Under the pieces are notes generated by a model. The model was not told the DNA's origin, did no database searches, and saw nothing but the letters and a program-made list of their open reading frames with translations. A stretch of DNA of 63,946 bases, the filler included, from an uncultured Methanoregulaceae archaeon (GTDB taxonomy: Archaea > Halobacteriota > Methanomicrobia > Methanomicrobiales > Methanospirillaceae): the NCBI GenBank assembly GCA_964530035.1. It is 4 parts of 4 records of this genome, joined end to end, with 100 filler letters (N's around TTAATTAATTAA, not from the genome) between each part and the next. Parts side by side here need not be neighbours in the genome. Positions count along the whole stretch, not along the records: positions 36,206 to 53,194 come from CAZGXZ010000036.1; 3 more parts are not named here. One strand, given 5' to 3'. Positions within the stretch are counted from its first letter, which is position 1. Every line of letters begins with the position of its first letter. Shown here piece by piece: positions 38,162 to 48,925 of the stretch. The position numbers and the translations under genes are program-made.

Positions 38162-39562
38162 ATGCTCGATCCGGCGTCGATCGTCCAGCGGTTTCTCGAT
38201 ACGAAACTGCAGGTCCACCCCGACGTCGTGCGATACATCAGTGAAAAGGGCGACCCTTCGCTTATCGACCAGATCCTCGGGGACATCCCTCCCGATGCCG
38301 TAGTGGTCTCACCCCGGCACATCCCGGGGATGGTCCCGATGGTCAGGGACGGGGCCAGGTTCCTCACCGATCCGCAGGTGGAGGTGGTATGGGGCAGTGC
38401 CGGGTCAACAGGCGGGGTATCAAGTCTTGAAAACTATTCCCGCTTTTTCCGCCACCGGTATGACACCCTCGGGGGGATGATCCGTGGCAGGATGAACGGC
38501 ATCCCTATTGAGGCGGTCCTGAAGAACAGCAGGTACCGCCAGGAAGAGACCTCAATCATCGGGATGGTGGCAGACGTCAGGACATCGACCAAAGGTCACC
38601 GTATGATCGACCTCGAAGACCCGACCGGGACCATCCCGGTGCTGTTCAACAAGAACCGGGAGGGTTTCGGCGAGGCTGAAAAGGTCCTCCCTGACGAGGT
38701 CATCGGTGTCCGGGGAAAACTCTCCCAGGAGGGAAAGCTGTTTTTTGCCGAGTCGCTCATACGACCTGACGTCCCCAACAGCAACGCTCCATTCATGAGC
38801 CCTGAACCTGGAAAAGCGGTTCTCATCTCCGACATCCATGTCGGGTCCAACACATTCCTGCCCGAGGCCTGGGGACGGTTCGCTGCATGGCTCGAGGACA
38901 GTGATGTTTCATACCTCCTCATCGCCGGCGACGCAGTGGATGGCATCGGCATCTACCCCGGCCAGGAAAGTGAACTGGTAATCCCCAATATTTATGAGCA
39001 GTACGAGAAGCTAGGCGACATGCTGTCGGCCCTTCCCCCCCATATCCGGATCATCCTTGGCCCTGGAAACCACGACGTCGTGAGGGGCGCCGAGCCCCAG
39101 CCATGCATTCCCGAACAATTCCGAAGCCATTTCCCGAAAAACTGCACCTTTGTTGAAAATCCTGCATTCGTAAGGCTCCAGGGGGTCGGCGTCCTGATGT
39201 ACCATGGCCGGTCCATCGATGACATGGTGGCGAGCATACCTGGGGCCAGCTACGAACGCGCCGGGGATATGATGGAGGAGATGGCCAAACGTCGGCTCCT
39301 TGCAGCCAGTTATGGGAAAAGAACCCCTATTGCTGCCCATGAACAGGACAGGCTCCTCATCGATCCCATTCCGGAGGTCCTGCATACCGGCCATGTGCAT
39401 GTCATGGGCCTTACCAGCTACCGCGGCGTTTTGTGTGTCAATGCCGGGACCTGGCAGTCTCAGACAGCATTCCAGAAACAGATGAACCTCATGCCTACCC
39501 CGGCCAGGGCGGTCCTCCTCGACCTCCAGACACTCCGTCCCGAAGTCCTTGATTTTTCATGA
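38162..39562 (+). CDS. polB: DNA polymerase D small (proofreading) subunit DP1
   Basis: OB fold LEDPTG; ISDIHVGS, AGDAVDG, PGNHD, YHGRS, HTGHVH, NAGTWQ. Confidence 0.95.
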   Translation: MLDPASIVQRFLDTKLQVHPDVVRYISEKGDPSLIDQILGDIPPDAVVVSPRHIPGMVPMVRDGARFLTDPQVEVVWGSAGSTGGVSSLENYSRFFRHRYDTLGGMIRGRMNGIPIEAVLKNSRYRQEETSIIGMVADVRTSTKGHRMIDLEDPTGTIPVLFNKNREGFGEAEKVLPDEVIGVRGKLSQEGKLFFAESLIRPDVPNSNAPFMSPEPGKAVLISDIHVGSNTFLPEAWGRFAAWLEDSDVSYLLIAGDAVDGIGIYPGQESELVIPNIYEQYEKLGDMLSALPPHIRIILGPGNHDVVRGAEPQPCIPEQFRSHFPKNCTFVENPAFVRLQGVGVLMYHGRSIDDMVASIPGASYERAGDMMEEMAKRRLLAASYGKRTPIAAHEQDRLLIDPIPEVLHTGHVHVMGLTSYRGVLCVNAGTWQSQTAFQKQMNLMPTPARAVLLDLQTLRPEVLDFS

Positions 39563-39813
39563 AAATGATAATTTCGCCATGAACATCAGGTTCAATGGTT
39601 TCTGACTTTCATCAGGGCTGCATAAGGGGTGAAAGGCAGCTTCCTGCCAGTCGTATCCTGATGGGCAAACCGGTGAAGTATCATATCCCCAGGGAATAAA
39701 ATGAATATGATGTACGCTACCGCATCGCGGATACGCCCGAAGATACCGTCCAGGCGCTGAAATTACCGGGCTCTTTGCGGTACACCGTACAGTCACGTCG
39801 GAGGTTGTAACGA

Positions 39814-41910
39814 ATGGGTGATCCCCTCGTATTCCAGGTTGTCTTAGCAATTATTATCATAATGTTCCTTATTGCGGCGTATCTCACGCGCAACGTGTTG
39901 TCGCATGGCATGGGGAACCAGGAGATGCAGGGCATCGCCGCTGCCATCAGCGAAGGTGCCAAGGCGTTTCTCCGGAGGCAGTACAAGACCGTTGCCCTGC
40001 TCGCCATTGTCGTAGCCATCATACTCTTCATCGCATTCTACGCAACGTCGGGAATGGGCGCGGCATCGATCACTGCGCTCGCATTCCTCTTCGGAGCTGC
40101 CTGTTCAGCGATTTCCGGAATTTTCGGCATGACCATAGCGGTACGTGCCAATATCAGGACCGCTGCGGCCGCTGAGAAGAGCTCGGCCACGGCACTGCAG
40201 ATCGCACTGCGTGGCGGAGCAGTATCAGGTCTCACCATCGTATCACTCTCGCTGCTGGGTATCTTCCTTACATATTACGTGCTTGAGCTCATGGGCGCGA
40301 CCCCGCAGACCATCCCGCTCCAGATCGTCGGGTTCGGATTCGGAGCCAGCTTTGTGGCACTCTTCGCCCAGCTTGGTGGCGGTATCTACACGAAGGCTGC
40401 CGATGTCGGGGCTGACCTGGTTGGAAAGGTCGAGGCATCTATCCCCGAAGACGACCCGCGCAACCCTGCCGTGATTGCCGACCTCGTAGGGGACAACGTC
40501 GGGGACTGTGCCGGGCGTGGTGCTGACCTCTTCGAGTCGATTACCGCGGAAAACGTCGGAGCCATGATTCTTGGAGTCGCCCTGTTCCCGGTATTCGGAG
40601 AGGCAGGTATCCTTTTCGCTCTTGTGGCATGTGCCTTCGGCCTCATTGCCTCCACCATAGGTGTGTTCTCGGTGCGGCCCAAAGAGGACGAAGACCCGGT
40701 GAAGCCTTTGATTCGTGGGTACTACGTGACAGCAGTAATCGCCGCGGCACTCCTGTACGTCGCGACGATGTGGCTTTTAAAGAACATCTGGTTCTTTTAT
40801 GCGGGTATCACAGGTATCGTGCTCTCAGTCGTCATCCTCTTTATCACCCTGTACTACACCGAGCATAAGTACCGACCTGTCAAGGAGATCGCCCAGGCAT
40901 CGGAGACCGGTGAAGCGACCAATATCCTGACCGGAATATCGGTTGGATTTGAATGCGTTGCACTCCCGGTTGTCGCCATCTCGGCTGCGCTCCTTATCTC
41001 GTACTACTTCGGCGAATGGTCCGGGGTGTACACCATGGTGCAGCTGGGCGGCCAGGACGTGAAACTGACCGGTGGGATCTTCGGTACCGCCGTGGCCACC
41101 GTAGGAATGCTTTCGACCGCCGCCTATATCCTTGCGATGGACACCTTCGGCCCGATCGCCGACAATGCGGGTGGCATCGTCGAGATGTCCAACGCACCGA
41201 AGGGCACCCGTGAAAAGATCGACCGTCTCGACGCCGTGGGGAACACCACGAAGGCCCTGACCAAGGGATATGCAATCGGGTCGGCAGCCCTTGCCGCGTT
41301 CCTGCTGTTCTCCTCGTACATGGAGGCGGTCTCCCAGCTCCGCGGTGAATACTTTGGTGTGGTCAACCTTGCGAACGTGCCGGTGTTCATCGGCGCCCTT
41401 CTCGGCGCCACCCTCGTCTTCCTCTTCGCATCCTTCGCGATCAGGGCGGTGTCGAAGACCGCGGGATACATCATCAGCGAGGTCAGGAGACAGTTCGCAG
41501 ACGGCGAGATCCTGGCGGGAAAGCGCAAACCCGACTACGGGACCTGTGTTGACATCACGACGACGGGGGCGCTCAGGAACATGGTCCTCCCTGGTGCGCT
41601 TGCGGTCGCATTCCCGATATTTGTCGGAGCCGTCCTGAAGTACGAGGCAATGGCCGCATTCCTCATGGTCGGCACGATAGGGGGTATCCTCGTCGCTAAC
41701 CTCATGAATAACGGTGGTGGCGCCTGGGACAATGCAAAGAAGTTCATCGAGTCCGGAGCATTCGGCGGAAAGGGCTCCCCGGCCCACAAGGCCGCGGTCG
41801 TCGGTGACACGGTCGGAGACCCGTTCAAGGACACCGCGGGTCCCTCTATCCACGTGCTCATCAAGCTCCTTGCCACCCTGACCCTGGTGCTTGCACCACT
41901 CTACATCTGA
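39814..41910 (+). CDS. hppA: Membrane pyrophosphatase, K+-independent type
   Basis: GGGIYTKAADVGADLVGKVE, EDDPRN, DNAGG, GNTTKA, GDPFKDTAGPS. Confidence 0.96.
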   Translation: MGDPLVFQVVLAIIIIMFLIAAYLTRNVLSHGMGNQEMQGIAAAISEGAKAFLRRQYKTVALLAIVVAIILFIAFYATSGMGAASITALAFLFGAACSAISGIFGMTIAVRANIRTAAAAEKSSATALQIALRGGAVSGLTIVSLSLLGIFLTYYVLELMGATPQTIPLQIVGFGFGASFVALFAQLGGGIYTKAADVGADLVGKVEASIPEDDPRNPAVIADLVGDNVGDCAGRGADLFESITAENVGAMILGVALFPVFGEAGILFALVACAFGLIASTIGVFSVRPKEDEDPVKPLIRGYYVTAVIAAALLYVATMWLLKNIWFFYAGITGIVLSVVILFITLYYTEHKYRPVKEIAQASETGEATNILTGISVGFECVALPVVAISAALLISYYFGEWSGVYTMVQLGGQDVKLTGGIFGTAVATVGMLSTAAYILAMDTFGPIADNAGGIVEMSNAPKGTREKIDRLDAVGNTTKALTKGYAIGSAALAAFLLFSSYMEAVSQLRGEYFGVVNLANVPVFIGALLGATLVFLFASFAIRAVSKTAGYIISEVRRQFADGEILAGKRKPDYGTCVDITTTGALRNMVLPGALAVAFPIFVGAVLKYEAMAAFLMVGTIGGILVANLMNNGGGAWDNAKKFIESGAFGGKGSPAHKAAVVGDTVGDPFKDTAGPSIHVLIKLLATLTLVLAPLYI

Positions 41911-42108
41911 TCCTTTTTTTGGAAAGGCATTCCACAAACCTTTTCTAATCCGTCTTCCAGCGAATCAGGAGTTGCATCATTCATTTTCATCAGGAAACAG
42001 CACTCCCGCTCGGATGAGATGTACTGGAATGTAACCCGGGTTTCCTGAGAACGAGCGGACCTGAAACCCAACCCGGGAACCCATGAACCTGTTAAGGTAA
42101 CAGAGCTC

Positions 42109-43323
42109 ATGCTAAGAGCGTCCATGCAGTATACCTATGCGACCAGGATGGAGACAACTCCCCGGTCGTTCATCCGGGAAATCCTGAAAGTTACAGAAAA
42201 ACCGGAAATGATCTCCTTTGCCGGGGGCCTGCCCAACCCGGATCTCTTCCCTGTCGAAGAGCTTGCGGAGATTGCACGGGACGTGATAGCCGGAGACGGC
42301 AGATCGGCACTCCAGTACTCGACCACGGAGGGGTATCCCCCTCTCCGCGAATGGATTGCAGCCCGTTATAAAAAATATTATCACATGGATGTTTCTCCCG
42401 ATGACCTCCTCATCACCAATGGTTCGCAGCAGTCCCTCGACCTGGTGGGCAAGGTCTTCATCAATCGCGGAAGCCCGGTTGCTATCGAAAGGCCCGGGTA
42501 CCTCGGGGCTATCCAGGCATTCTCGCTCTATGAACCGCGTTTTCAGGCCGTTCCCCTCGGGGCCGCCGGGCCTGACGCCACCTCCCTTGCCAGTTTCCTG
42601 AAAAAACAGAAGCCGGTCTTCTTCTACGGGATCCCAAACAGCCAGAACCCTTCAGGTGTCACCTGGTCACGGGACAACCGTCGCGAAGTTGCTGATATCG
42701 TTGCGGATACACAGGCAATTCTTATCGAGGACGATGCTTACGGGGAGATCCGTTTTAACGGGGTGCACCTTCCCCCCCTGCGGTCATTCCTCCCGGACCA
42801 GGTTGTCATGACGGGATCGTTTTCAAAGATCATTGCACCCGGTCTGCGAATGGGGTGGATTTGCGCCCCACGGGAGATACGGGAGCAGCTGGTGACCGTG
42901 AAACAGGGGACCGACCTGCACTCGAACATCCTTTCCCAGCACATCATCGCCCGTTTCCTGTCCGAGTTCCCGGTCGATGACCATATCAGGCGTATCACCA
43001 CAACGTATCACCGGCAGTGCACCTGCATGATCCAGGCGATTCAGGACTTTTTCCCAAAACGCATCACCTGTAACAGGCCTGACGGCGGGATGTTCCTCTG
43101 GGCTGAAATGCCCGAGGGGTACTCGTCGATGGAACTCTTTGAAAGGGCTTTATCCAGGGACGTTGCTATCCTGCCCGGTATCCCGTTCTACACCGACGGC
43201 GGGGGACTGAACACCATGCGGCTCAACTTCTCAAACCAGCCGGAAGACCGTATCAGGGAGGGTATCAGGAGGCTCGGAGAGGAACTTCACGCGTACCTTG
43301 AGCGCCCGGCCCATGATCACTGA
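42109..43323 (+). CDS. PLP-dependent aminotransferase (LysN/ARO8-like)
   Basis: ISFAGGLP, QNPSG, EDDAY, GSFSKIIAPGLRMGW, RLNFS. Confidence 0.9.
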   Translation: MLRASMQYTYATRMETTPRSFIREILKVTEKPEMISFAGGLPNPDLFPVEELAEIARDVIAGDGRSALQYSTTEGYPPLREWIAARYKKYYHMDVSPDDLLITNGSQQSLDLVGKVFINRGSPVAIERPGYLGAIQAFSLYEPRFQAVPLGAAGPDATSLASFLKKQKPVFFYGIPNSQNPSGVTWSRDNRREVADIVADTQAILIEDDAYGEIRFNGVHLPPLRSFLPDQVVMTGSFSKIIAPGLRMGWICAPREIREQLVTVKQGTDLHSNILSQHIIARFLSEFPVDDHIRRITTTYHRQCTCMIQAIQDFFPKRITCNRPDGGMFLWAEMPEGYSSMELFERALSRDVAILPGIPFYTDGGGLNTMRLNFSNQPEDRIREGIRRLGEELHAYLERPAHDH

Positions 43324-43447
43324 AAAACCACCATTTGCCTTTTTCCGGAAAAGGGGAGGGTTCAACCTTCACCGAAAAGGATGCAGGTGTACATAAACCA
43401 GCTTGCCCGCCCAGGTACCTGAAAAATGATAACCAGGGGCATCTCCC

Positions 43448-45568
43448 CTATTCCTGCACTATACGGGACACGACGAGACGATAGTCATTATCATAGACCA
43501 CGAGTGTCGTCCAGCGGGCCTCCCTGACAATGGTCCCTGTGGGACCAGTCCCTGGCAGGCTGTATGTCCCCACTCCCGAGTTTCTTACCGCCATCTGCCT
43601 GCCAAGGTCAAGAAGGGAGGGTGAACCCTCGTACATGGGATCGTTGAAGAGCCGCGTCCCGATCCGGGACGGGTCGCTGTCATATACGATCAGCCCGTCA
43701 GGCTGGACAACCCAGGTTTCATACGGATCGCCTGCAGAGGGGGAGTCAAACATGCTCCCGAAGAATAAAACAGGATTTACGGCAAGCGATACGGCTCCAT
43801 CCACATTCGCATGTACGGAATTATGGATTGGGTAGCTGACCGCGATCCCGTTTCCCCCCTCGACCAGGGGGGTCACGGTTGTGGAGGTCGGACGCGAGGT
43901 TGCGAAGAGCTTCTGGATATGCGTGTCGTACATCAGGTTCGTGCCAATAATGTTCCTGTAACGGTCGGGCTTCACATTGATGACCGTCGCTGCCCGGTCC
44001 ATCATCAGACAGTCGATCGAGGGCGCGATTTCTGCACACACACCTGACAGGACGCTTCCCTGTCGTGTGGTATTCATTCCCGATCTCCCGAGGGCGTCAG
44101 ATGCCCCGCTCATGACCATATCCATCGAGGCAAGCTGTGATGTCCCGTTCTCAAGGGCTGCGATAAGCAGTCGTTCAGCTCCCTCAGCGGACGAAACGGC
44201 TTTCGAACCACTCATGACAGGGGGCATCCCCAGGGTACGTGCACCGACTACCCTCCAATCCGTCCCGTACAGGCTCACGGTCTTCCAGATTGCTTCCTTT
44301 TTAACAATCCGGCCATACGTGTCCGTGAAGGTATAGGTCCCTGCTCCGGACGGTTCAACAGAAATGTGACGGGTGAGGGCAAGGAGAGAGGGATAGGGGG
44401 CATACAGGGGATCGCTGAATACATACTTCCCTATCTGGACCGGGTCGGCATCATAGACGATGAGGCCGTCAGGTTGCAGCACGAAGATCTCGTAGATTCC
44501 TTCAGGATCAGACTGGAGGACGGCATTTCTCCACAACGAGGTATTGTACACCAGGCTAACCGCCCCCTTCATGTACCCCTCAGGTGAATATACCGGCATT
44601 GCATTGTCTATTCCAGGATATCCTTCGACCATGGGGATTACACCACTTGTCACCGGTTTTCCGGTAGCAACGAGCCTGCGGATGTGCTCCTGGTCCATGA
44701 TGCTTTTTCCTATAATGCTGCTATATGCTGAAGGTACGACTGCCTTCACCCGTCCGTACGGGTCAACCGTGATGCAATCCACGGCATACGGGCTTGAACG
44801 GTGAAGAGAGGCCAGCGAAGAGAGGGCTTGGGGACTGTCTAGGTCCTCCAGGGCAAGGCTCCCGGCGGCCGAGACAAGACTTGAGTTTATGATTTCAAGA
44901 TGCGCAGTTGCATTTTCACTGACGGCAGTCACGGTCTGTTCAAGGTCCCGGGAGGTTTTTTCCAGCTGCGCCGTAGCTGTATCTGATCCCGTCACAGGGC
45001 CGAAGTAGATGCCGGACCCGAGCCACCAGTCATCATCGACCTTCATCACGTACCCGAGCTTCTTTTCAACAGTCCGGTTTCGCGTAGGGTTAATGTAAAA
45101 GAAATCAACGAAGCCACTTCCATTCGCGGCGGTGTCGCGGAGGTTCCTGATGAAGTATCCGCCTGAGGCGTCCTTTTCAAGAAGCCGGTTGACTCCCACT
45201 TTCTCAGGGTTTACCGGGTGGGCAATGGTTGTCCCGTTCCAGTCATAGGCATAAATATATAATTCTCCGTCGATGAACGGCCCGTTCCTGTCGGAAAAAG
45301 TCGACAGTGCCTTCTCCTTTCCATTGTCATGTGCGTATGCAACCGCTTTTTCCACAAAAGCGACCAGCTGCGTCCTGTTCCTGCTTGAATTTCCCGAAGG
45401 ACTCACGGCAGGAGGGACAGAGACAGGGGTTGCTGTCGGAGTATCGGTTATTTCCTCTGTCCCGGCAGGTTGCAGGCCCCCGGTGCCAGGGTTCTGAACA
45501 GTGCAACCTGCTGCCATCACCAGGGTAATGATACAGACAAGGAGAAGGAATCCCTCGGTTCCGCGCAT
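43448..45568 (-). CDS. Lipoprotein with one single-Cache and two dCache-like domains, no signalling domain
   Basis: Lipobox AAG-C; sCache YIYAYD..AHP..WWLGSGIY; duplicated QPDGLIVYDxDP..IG. Confidence 0.85.
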   Translation of the reverse strand: MRGTEGFLLLVCIITLVMAAGCTVQNPGTGGLQPAGTEEITDTPTATPVSVPPAVSPSGNSSRNRTQLVAFVEKAVAYAHDNGKEKALSTFSDRNGPFIDGELYIYAYDWNGTTIAHPVNPEKVGVNRLLEKDASGGYFIRNLRDTAANGSGFVDFFYINPTRNRTVEKKLGYVMKVDDDWWLGSGIYFGPVTGSDTATAQLEKTSRDLEQTVTAVSENATAHLEIINSSLVSAAGSLALEDLDSPQALSSLASLHRSSPYAVDCITVDPYGRVKAVVPSAYSSIIGKSIMDQEHIRRLVATGKPVTSGVIPMVEGYPGIDNAMPVYSPEGYMKGAVSLVYNTSLWRNAVLQSDPEGIYEIFVLQPDGLIVYDADPVQIGKYVFSDPLYAPYPSLLALTRHISVEPSGAGTYTFTDTYGRIVKKEAIWKTVSLYGTDWRVVGARTLGMPPVMSGSKAVSSAEGAERLLIAALENGTSQLASMDMVMSGASDALGRSGMNTTRQGSVLSGVCAEIAPSIDCLMMDRAATVINVKPDRYRNIIGTNLMYDTHIQKLFATSRPTSTTVTPLVEGGNGIAVSYPIHNSVHANVDGAVSLAVNPVLFFGSMFDSPSAGDPYETWVVQPDGLIVYDSDPSRIGTRLFNDPMYEGSPSLLDLGRQMAVRNSGVGTYSLPGTGPTGTIVREARWTTLVVYDNDYRLVVSRIVQE

Positions 45569-45679
45569 AATATGTTCTTCTTGCCTTTTTCACCCATAAT
45601 ATTTCTGAACTGTCCCCCGGGAGGAGGGCCTGGTCCCAACCGGCGTATTCTTGTAGGATTACGGCCAGATGTGCGCTTG

Positions 45680-46147
45680 ATGCCTGTCAGTCTTCAGACA
45701 ATCGGTCAGATTGAGACCCACCTCAGGTCCTTCGAGACGGCCTGTGCCGAACAGGACGTGCCGCGTCTCGCAGCGCTCCTCCACAGGGATGTCCATGGTT
45801 TTCTCCCATACCCAGGAGATGCATTTTCCAGCAGGGAAGAACTCCTCGGGATCTTCAGCAGTAATTTCTTAAAAGGCCTAAACCCGGCCCTTTGTATCTT
45901 TCATGAACGGATAGATGCAGATGGAGTTGTCGCCTGGGTATCCGCGCAATGCCGCCTCACCCTTCCCTCTCCAAAAGGAGCCTGCCACACCATCGGGAGG
46001 GCAACCCTGGTATTCAGGGGTACCGGCCATGCCTGGACCATTGCCCAGTTGCATGTTTCGCTTCCAGAGCCTCTACCAGAAACCCTTGGCGAGGAAGAGT
46101 GCCCGAAACATGAAAAGGGAGCGCCCCTGCTTCCTTCCCAAAATTGA
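45680..46147 (+). CDS. NTF2/SnoaL-like protein
   Basis: DGVVAWV, GRATLVF..WTIAQLHVSLP. Confidence 0.7.
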   Translation: MPVSLQTIGQIETHLRSFETACAEQDVPRLAALLHRDVHGFLPYPGDAFSSREELLGIFSSNFLKGLNPALCIFHERIDADGVVAWVSAQCRLTLPSPKGACHTIGRATLVFRGTGHAWTIAQLHVSLPEPLPETLGEEECPKHEKGAPLLPSQN

Positions 46148-46250
46148 CCAGGTCGCTGATAAAACGGCGGAAAAAAACCTCAAAGTCTTCATGCAGCCCA
46201 AGCCATGAAGCTTATCACACCACCTTGTCCGTATCGCCGTCGTGGCGGGT

Positions 46251-46838
46251 TCAGCGGATACCGAGTCTCTCCAGGAAACCGGTGTGAAGGCGGCGGTCGC
46301 CGGACAGCTCCGGGTGGAAGGCAAGTGCAAGGACCTTCCCCCTGCGGACGCCGACAATTCCACCGTTATACTCCGCAATAACCTCCGTTCCGGATCCAGC
46401 ACTGATGGCTACCGGGGCCCGGATAAACACGGCGTGAAACGGGGTGTCAAGCCCGAAAACAGCAATATCAGCCTCAAACGAATCTTTTTGCCTCCCGAAG
46501 GCATTGCGCCGGACCGTGATGTCCAGGATGCCGAGAGGCCTGAAACGGTCGTCATCGATGATGGATGTGGCGATGAGGACCATTCCGGCGCATGTTGCAA
46601 AAATACCGCCAGGAAAATTTCTTATCGCGTCTCTTAATGAATTTTTATCGATGAGACGGCAGATGGTGGTTGATTCTCCGCCAGGGATCACAAGGGCGTC
46701 AAGTCCTTCTAGCTGGTCGGCATCCCTGACCGGAAAGATTTCCAAGGGGATTCCAAGATGGCTGCCGGCCTCGCGAAACGCATGGATATGCTCGCTGACA
46801 TCACCCTGGAGCGCAAGTACCCCGATCTTACCAGCCAC
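46251..46838 (-). CDS. pdxT: PLP synthase glutaminase subunit
   Basis: GVLALQG, PGGEST, TCAG, RNAFGRQ, FIRAP, FHPEL; GTG start overlaps the pdxS end. Confidence 0.95.
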   Translation of the reverse strand: MAGKIGVLALQGDVSEHIHAFREAGSHLGIPLEIFPVRDADQLEGLDALVIPGGESTTICRLIDKNSLRDAIRNFPGGIFATCAGMVLIATSIIDDDRFRPLGILDITVRRNAFGRQKDSFEADIAVFGLDTPFHAVFIRAPVAISAGSGTEVIAEYNGGIVGVRRGKVLALAFHPELSGDRRLHTGFLERLGIR

Positions 46839-47724
46839 GCTTCTGCAGCACCTCGTCCTCGCGGAGAAGATGGATATCAAGCCCTTTCATGGGTTCTCCC
46901 AGGTCACGGCTGGCTTCCGCGATCCGTGCCGGATCATCGAAGTGGTTCACTGCCTCGACGATTGCCCGTGCTACCTTGTGAGGGTTCTGTGAATGAAAAA
47001 TTCCCGACCCCACAAAGACCCCGTCTGCACCGAGCTGCATCATCAGAGCCGCGTCACAGGGTGTTGCAATCCCGCCGGCCGAGAAGTTGACCACCGGGAG
47101 GCGGCCCATGCGGGCCGTCTCTATCACCAGTTCCGCCGGGGCTTCGAGTTCCCTTGCACGGGCAATGATCTCCTGGTCCGTTTTTCCAGAGAGCGCGCGG
47201 ATTTCACCCATGATGTTCCGCATGTGCCTGACGGCCTCCACGACGTTGCCCGTGCCGGCCTCGCCCTTCGTCCTGATCATGGCAGCACCTTCGCCGATAC
47301 GCCGCATGGCCTCCCCCAGGTCCCGCGCTCCGCAGACGAAGGGGACCTTGAATTTTTTCTTGTCGATATGGTATTGTTCATCGGCAGGTGTAAGGACCTC
47401 GCTTTCGTCGATCATATCAACGCCGAGGGATTCAAGGACCTGAGCTTCCACGAAATGCCCGATCCTTGCCTTGCCCATGACAGGGATCGAGACCGCATCG
47501 ATGATCTCGGCAATTTTCGTGGGGTCTGCCATACGCGCGACTCCGCCCTGTTTCCTGATGTCGGCAGGCACCCGCTCGAGTGCCATCACCGCGACCGCTC
47601 CTGCCTCCTCCGCGATGACCGCCTGTTCTGCGTTGGTCACGTCCATGATGACTCCGCCTTTCTGCATGGATGCGAACCCCCGCTTCAGGAGCTCGGTACC
47701 AAACCTGAGTTCCTCGAGCTTCAT
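46828..47724 (-). CDS. pdxS: PLP synthase lyase subunit
   Basis: [33 protein letters not shown]. Confidence 0.97.
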   Translation of the reverse strand: MKLEELRFGTELLKRGFASMQKGGVIMDVTNAEQAVIAEEAGAVAVMALERVPADIRKQGGVARMADPTKIAEIIDAVSIPVMGKARIGHFVEAQVLESLGVDMIDESEVLTPADEQYHIDKKKFKVPFVCGARDLGEAMRRIGEGAAMIRTKGEAGTGNVVEAVRHMRNIMGEIRALSGKTDQEIIARARELEAPAELVIETARMGRLPVVNFSAGGIATPCDAALMMQLGADGVFVGSGIFHSQNPHKVARAIVEAVNHFDDPARIAEASRDLGEPMKGLDIHLLREDEVLQKRGW

Positions 47725-47729
47725 AGTTC

Positions 47730-48692
47730 TTAGATGTTAGCCGAGGCGTGCCATAAAAGTAGTGTCGTTATCACAGAAATCGAAAAAATGACGGCTCCCA
47801 TCCTGATTGCCATTAAAATATCCTTCCCCGCTCCTTTTAAGGAACGGGAGGGATCACCTATCCTGTACATCCCCGGTTTTTCAAACCTTACCCCGGTACC
47901 GCCGGCTATTAAGGACATGGTAATGCCGCCGTTAAAACCGGGGCGTTTTTTTCTGTCCCTCCAAAAGACCATCAGGGCCTGACTGGCGGTCCCTTTCAGG
48001 CAAAACCACAGGACGAGCACCATGCCCGTCAGCCTTGCAGGGATGAAGGTAAGAACGTCGTCCATACGTGCCGGGAACCATCCTATCCTTTCCCGTTCAT
48101 CACGGTATCCAAGCATCGCGTCCATGGTATTGGCCGCCCGGTACAGCAGGGCACCAGGGAGCCCGAGCACGGCAAACCAGAACAGGGGAGCAGTGATGCT
48201 GTCGGTCAGGTTTTCCGCCCCGGACTCGTAGGCTGCAGAGAGAACCTCTTCCTCCGAAAGGGTCGTCGTATTCCGTGAGACCAACATCCCGGCCTCCACC
48301 CTTGCCCTTTCAAGGTCTGACCCCGCACACTCCTCGACGGTCCGCATGTGTTCCTCAAGTGATCTCCACCCGATGCAGGCCTTGAGGATAAAAGGGGCGG
48401 AAATGAGAGAGAGCCAGAAGGGTGCGTACATGCTGTACACCACGACAGGAAGAATGACAAGGATGGCCGTAATAACCCAGAGGGAGAAACCTGCAGCCCT
48501 CTGGGCCCATTCAGGATACCTTTCCGGCCTTCCCCACACGCCAATGAACCTTCCCAGGACGGCCACAGGATGAAATACGGTCTTTGGGTCACCCACGAGA
48601 CGGTCGATGACCAGAGCGAGCACGAGGACCATACCTGCAGGTACAGGGGCCACCCATGGAATAAAAAGCATGGAAAAAAACGTAGGGGTCAT
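47730..48692 (-). CDS. cbiB: Adenosylcobinamide-phosphate synthase
   Basis: [40 protein letters not shown]. Confidence 0.93.
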   Translation of the reverse strand: MTPTFFSMLFIPWVAPVPAGMVLVLALVIDRLVGDPKTVFHPVAVLGRFIGVWGRPERYPEWAQRAAGFSLWVITAILVILPVVVYSMYAPFWLSLISAPFILKACIGWRSLEEHMRTVEECAGSDLERARVEAGMLVSRNTTTLSEEEVLSAAYESGAENLTDSITAPLFWFAVLGLPGALLYRAANTMDAMLGYRDERERIGWFPARMDDVLTFIPARLTGMVLVLWFCLKGTASQALMVFWRDRKKRPGFNGGITMSLIAGGTGVRFEKPGMYRIGDPSRSLKGAGKDILMAIRMGAVIFSISVITTLLLWHASANI

Positions 48693-48730
48693 TCAGGTCC
48701 CTTATGCACGGCGTGGAACCTTATACCAGT

Positions 48731-48925
48731 TCAGGCTTTAGTACCACGTTCAGGCACCCTGGGGAGGAGGTCAGGAATACCGTCGTGAATCGGGTAACGT
48801 GTGCAACATTTCGCACAGAACAGCTCTCCCTCCTGGATTTCCTCTTTTTCCTCTGCATCAATGGTAACCTCCAGGTCACCCTTGCACACGGGACAGCAGA
48901 GAATGTCAAGGAGCGAGTGCTTCAT
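48731..48925 (-). CDS. Trm112-like methyltransferase activator
   Basis: LLDILCCPVCKG..LFC..C..YPIHDGIPDLL. Confidence 0.9.
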   Translation of the reverse strand: MKHSLLDILCCPVCKGDLEVTIDAEEKEEIQEGELFCAKCCTRYPIHDGIPDLLPRVPERGTKA

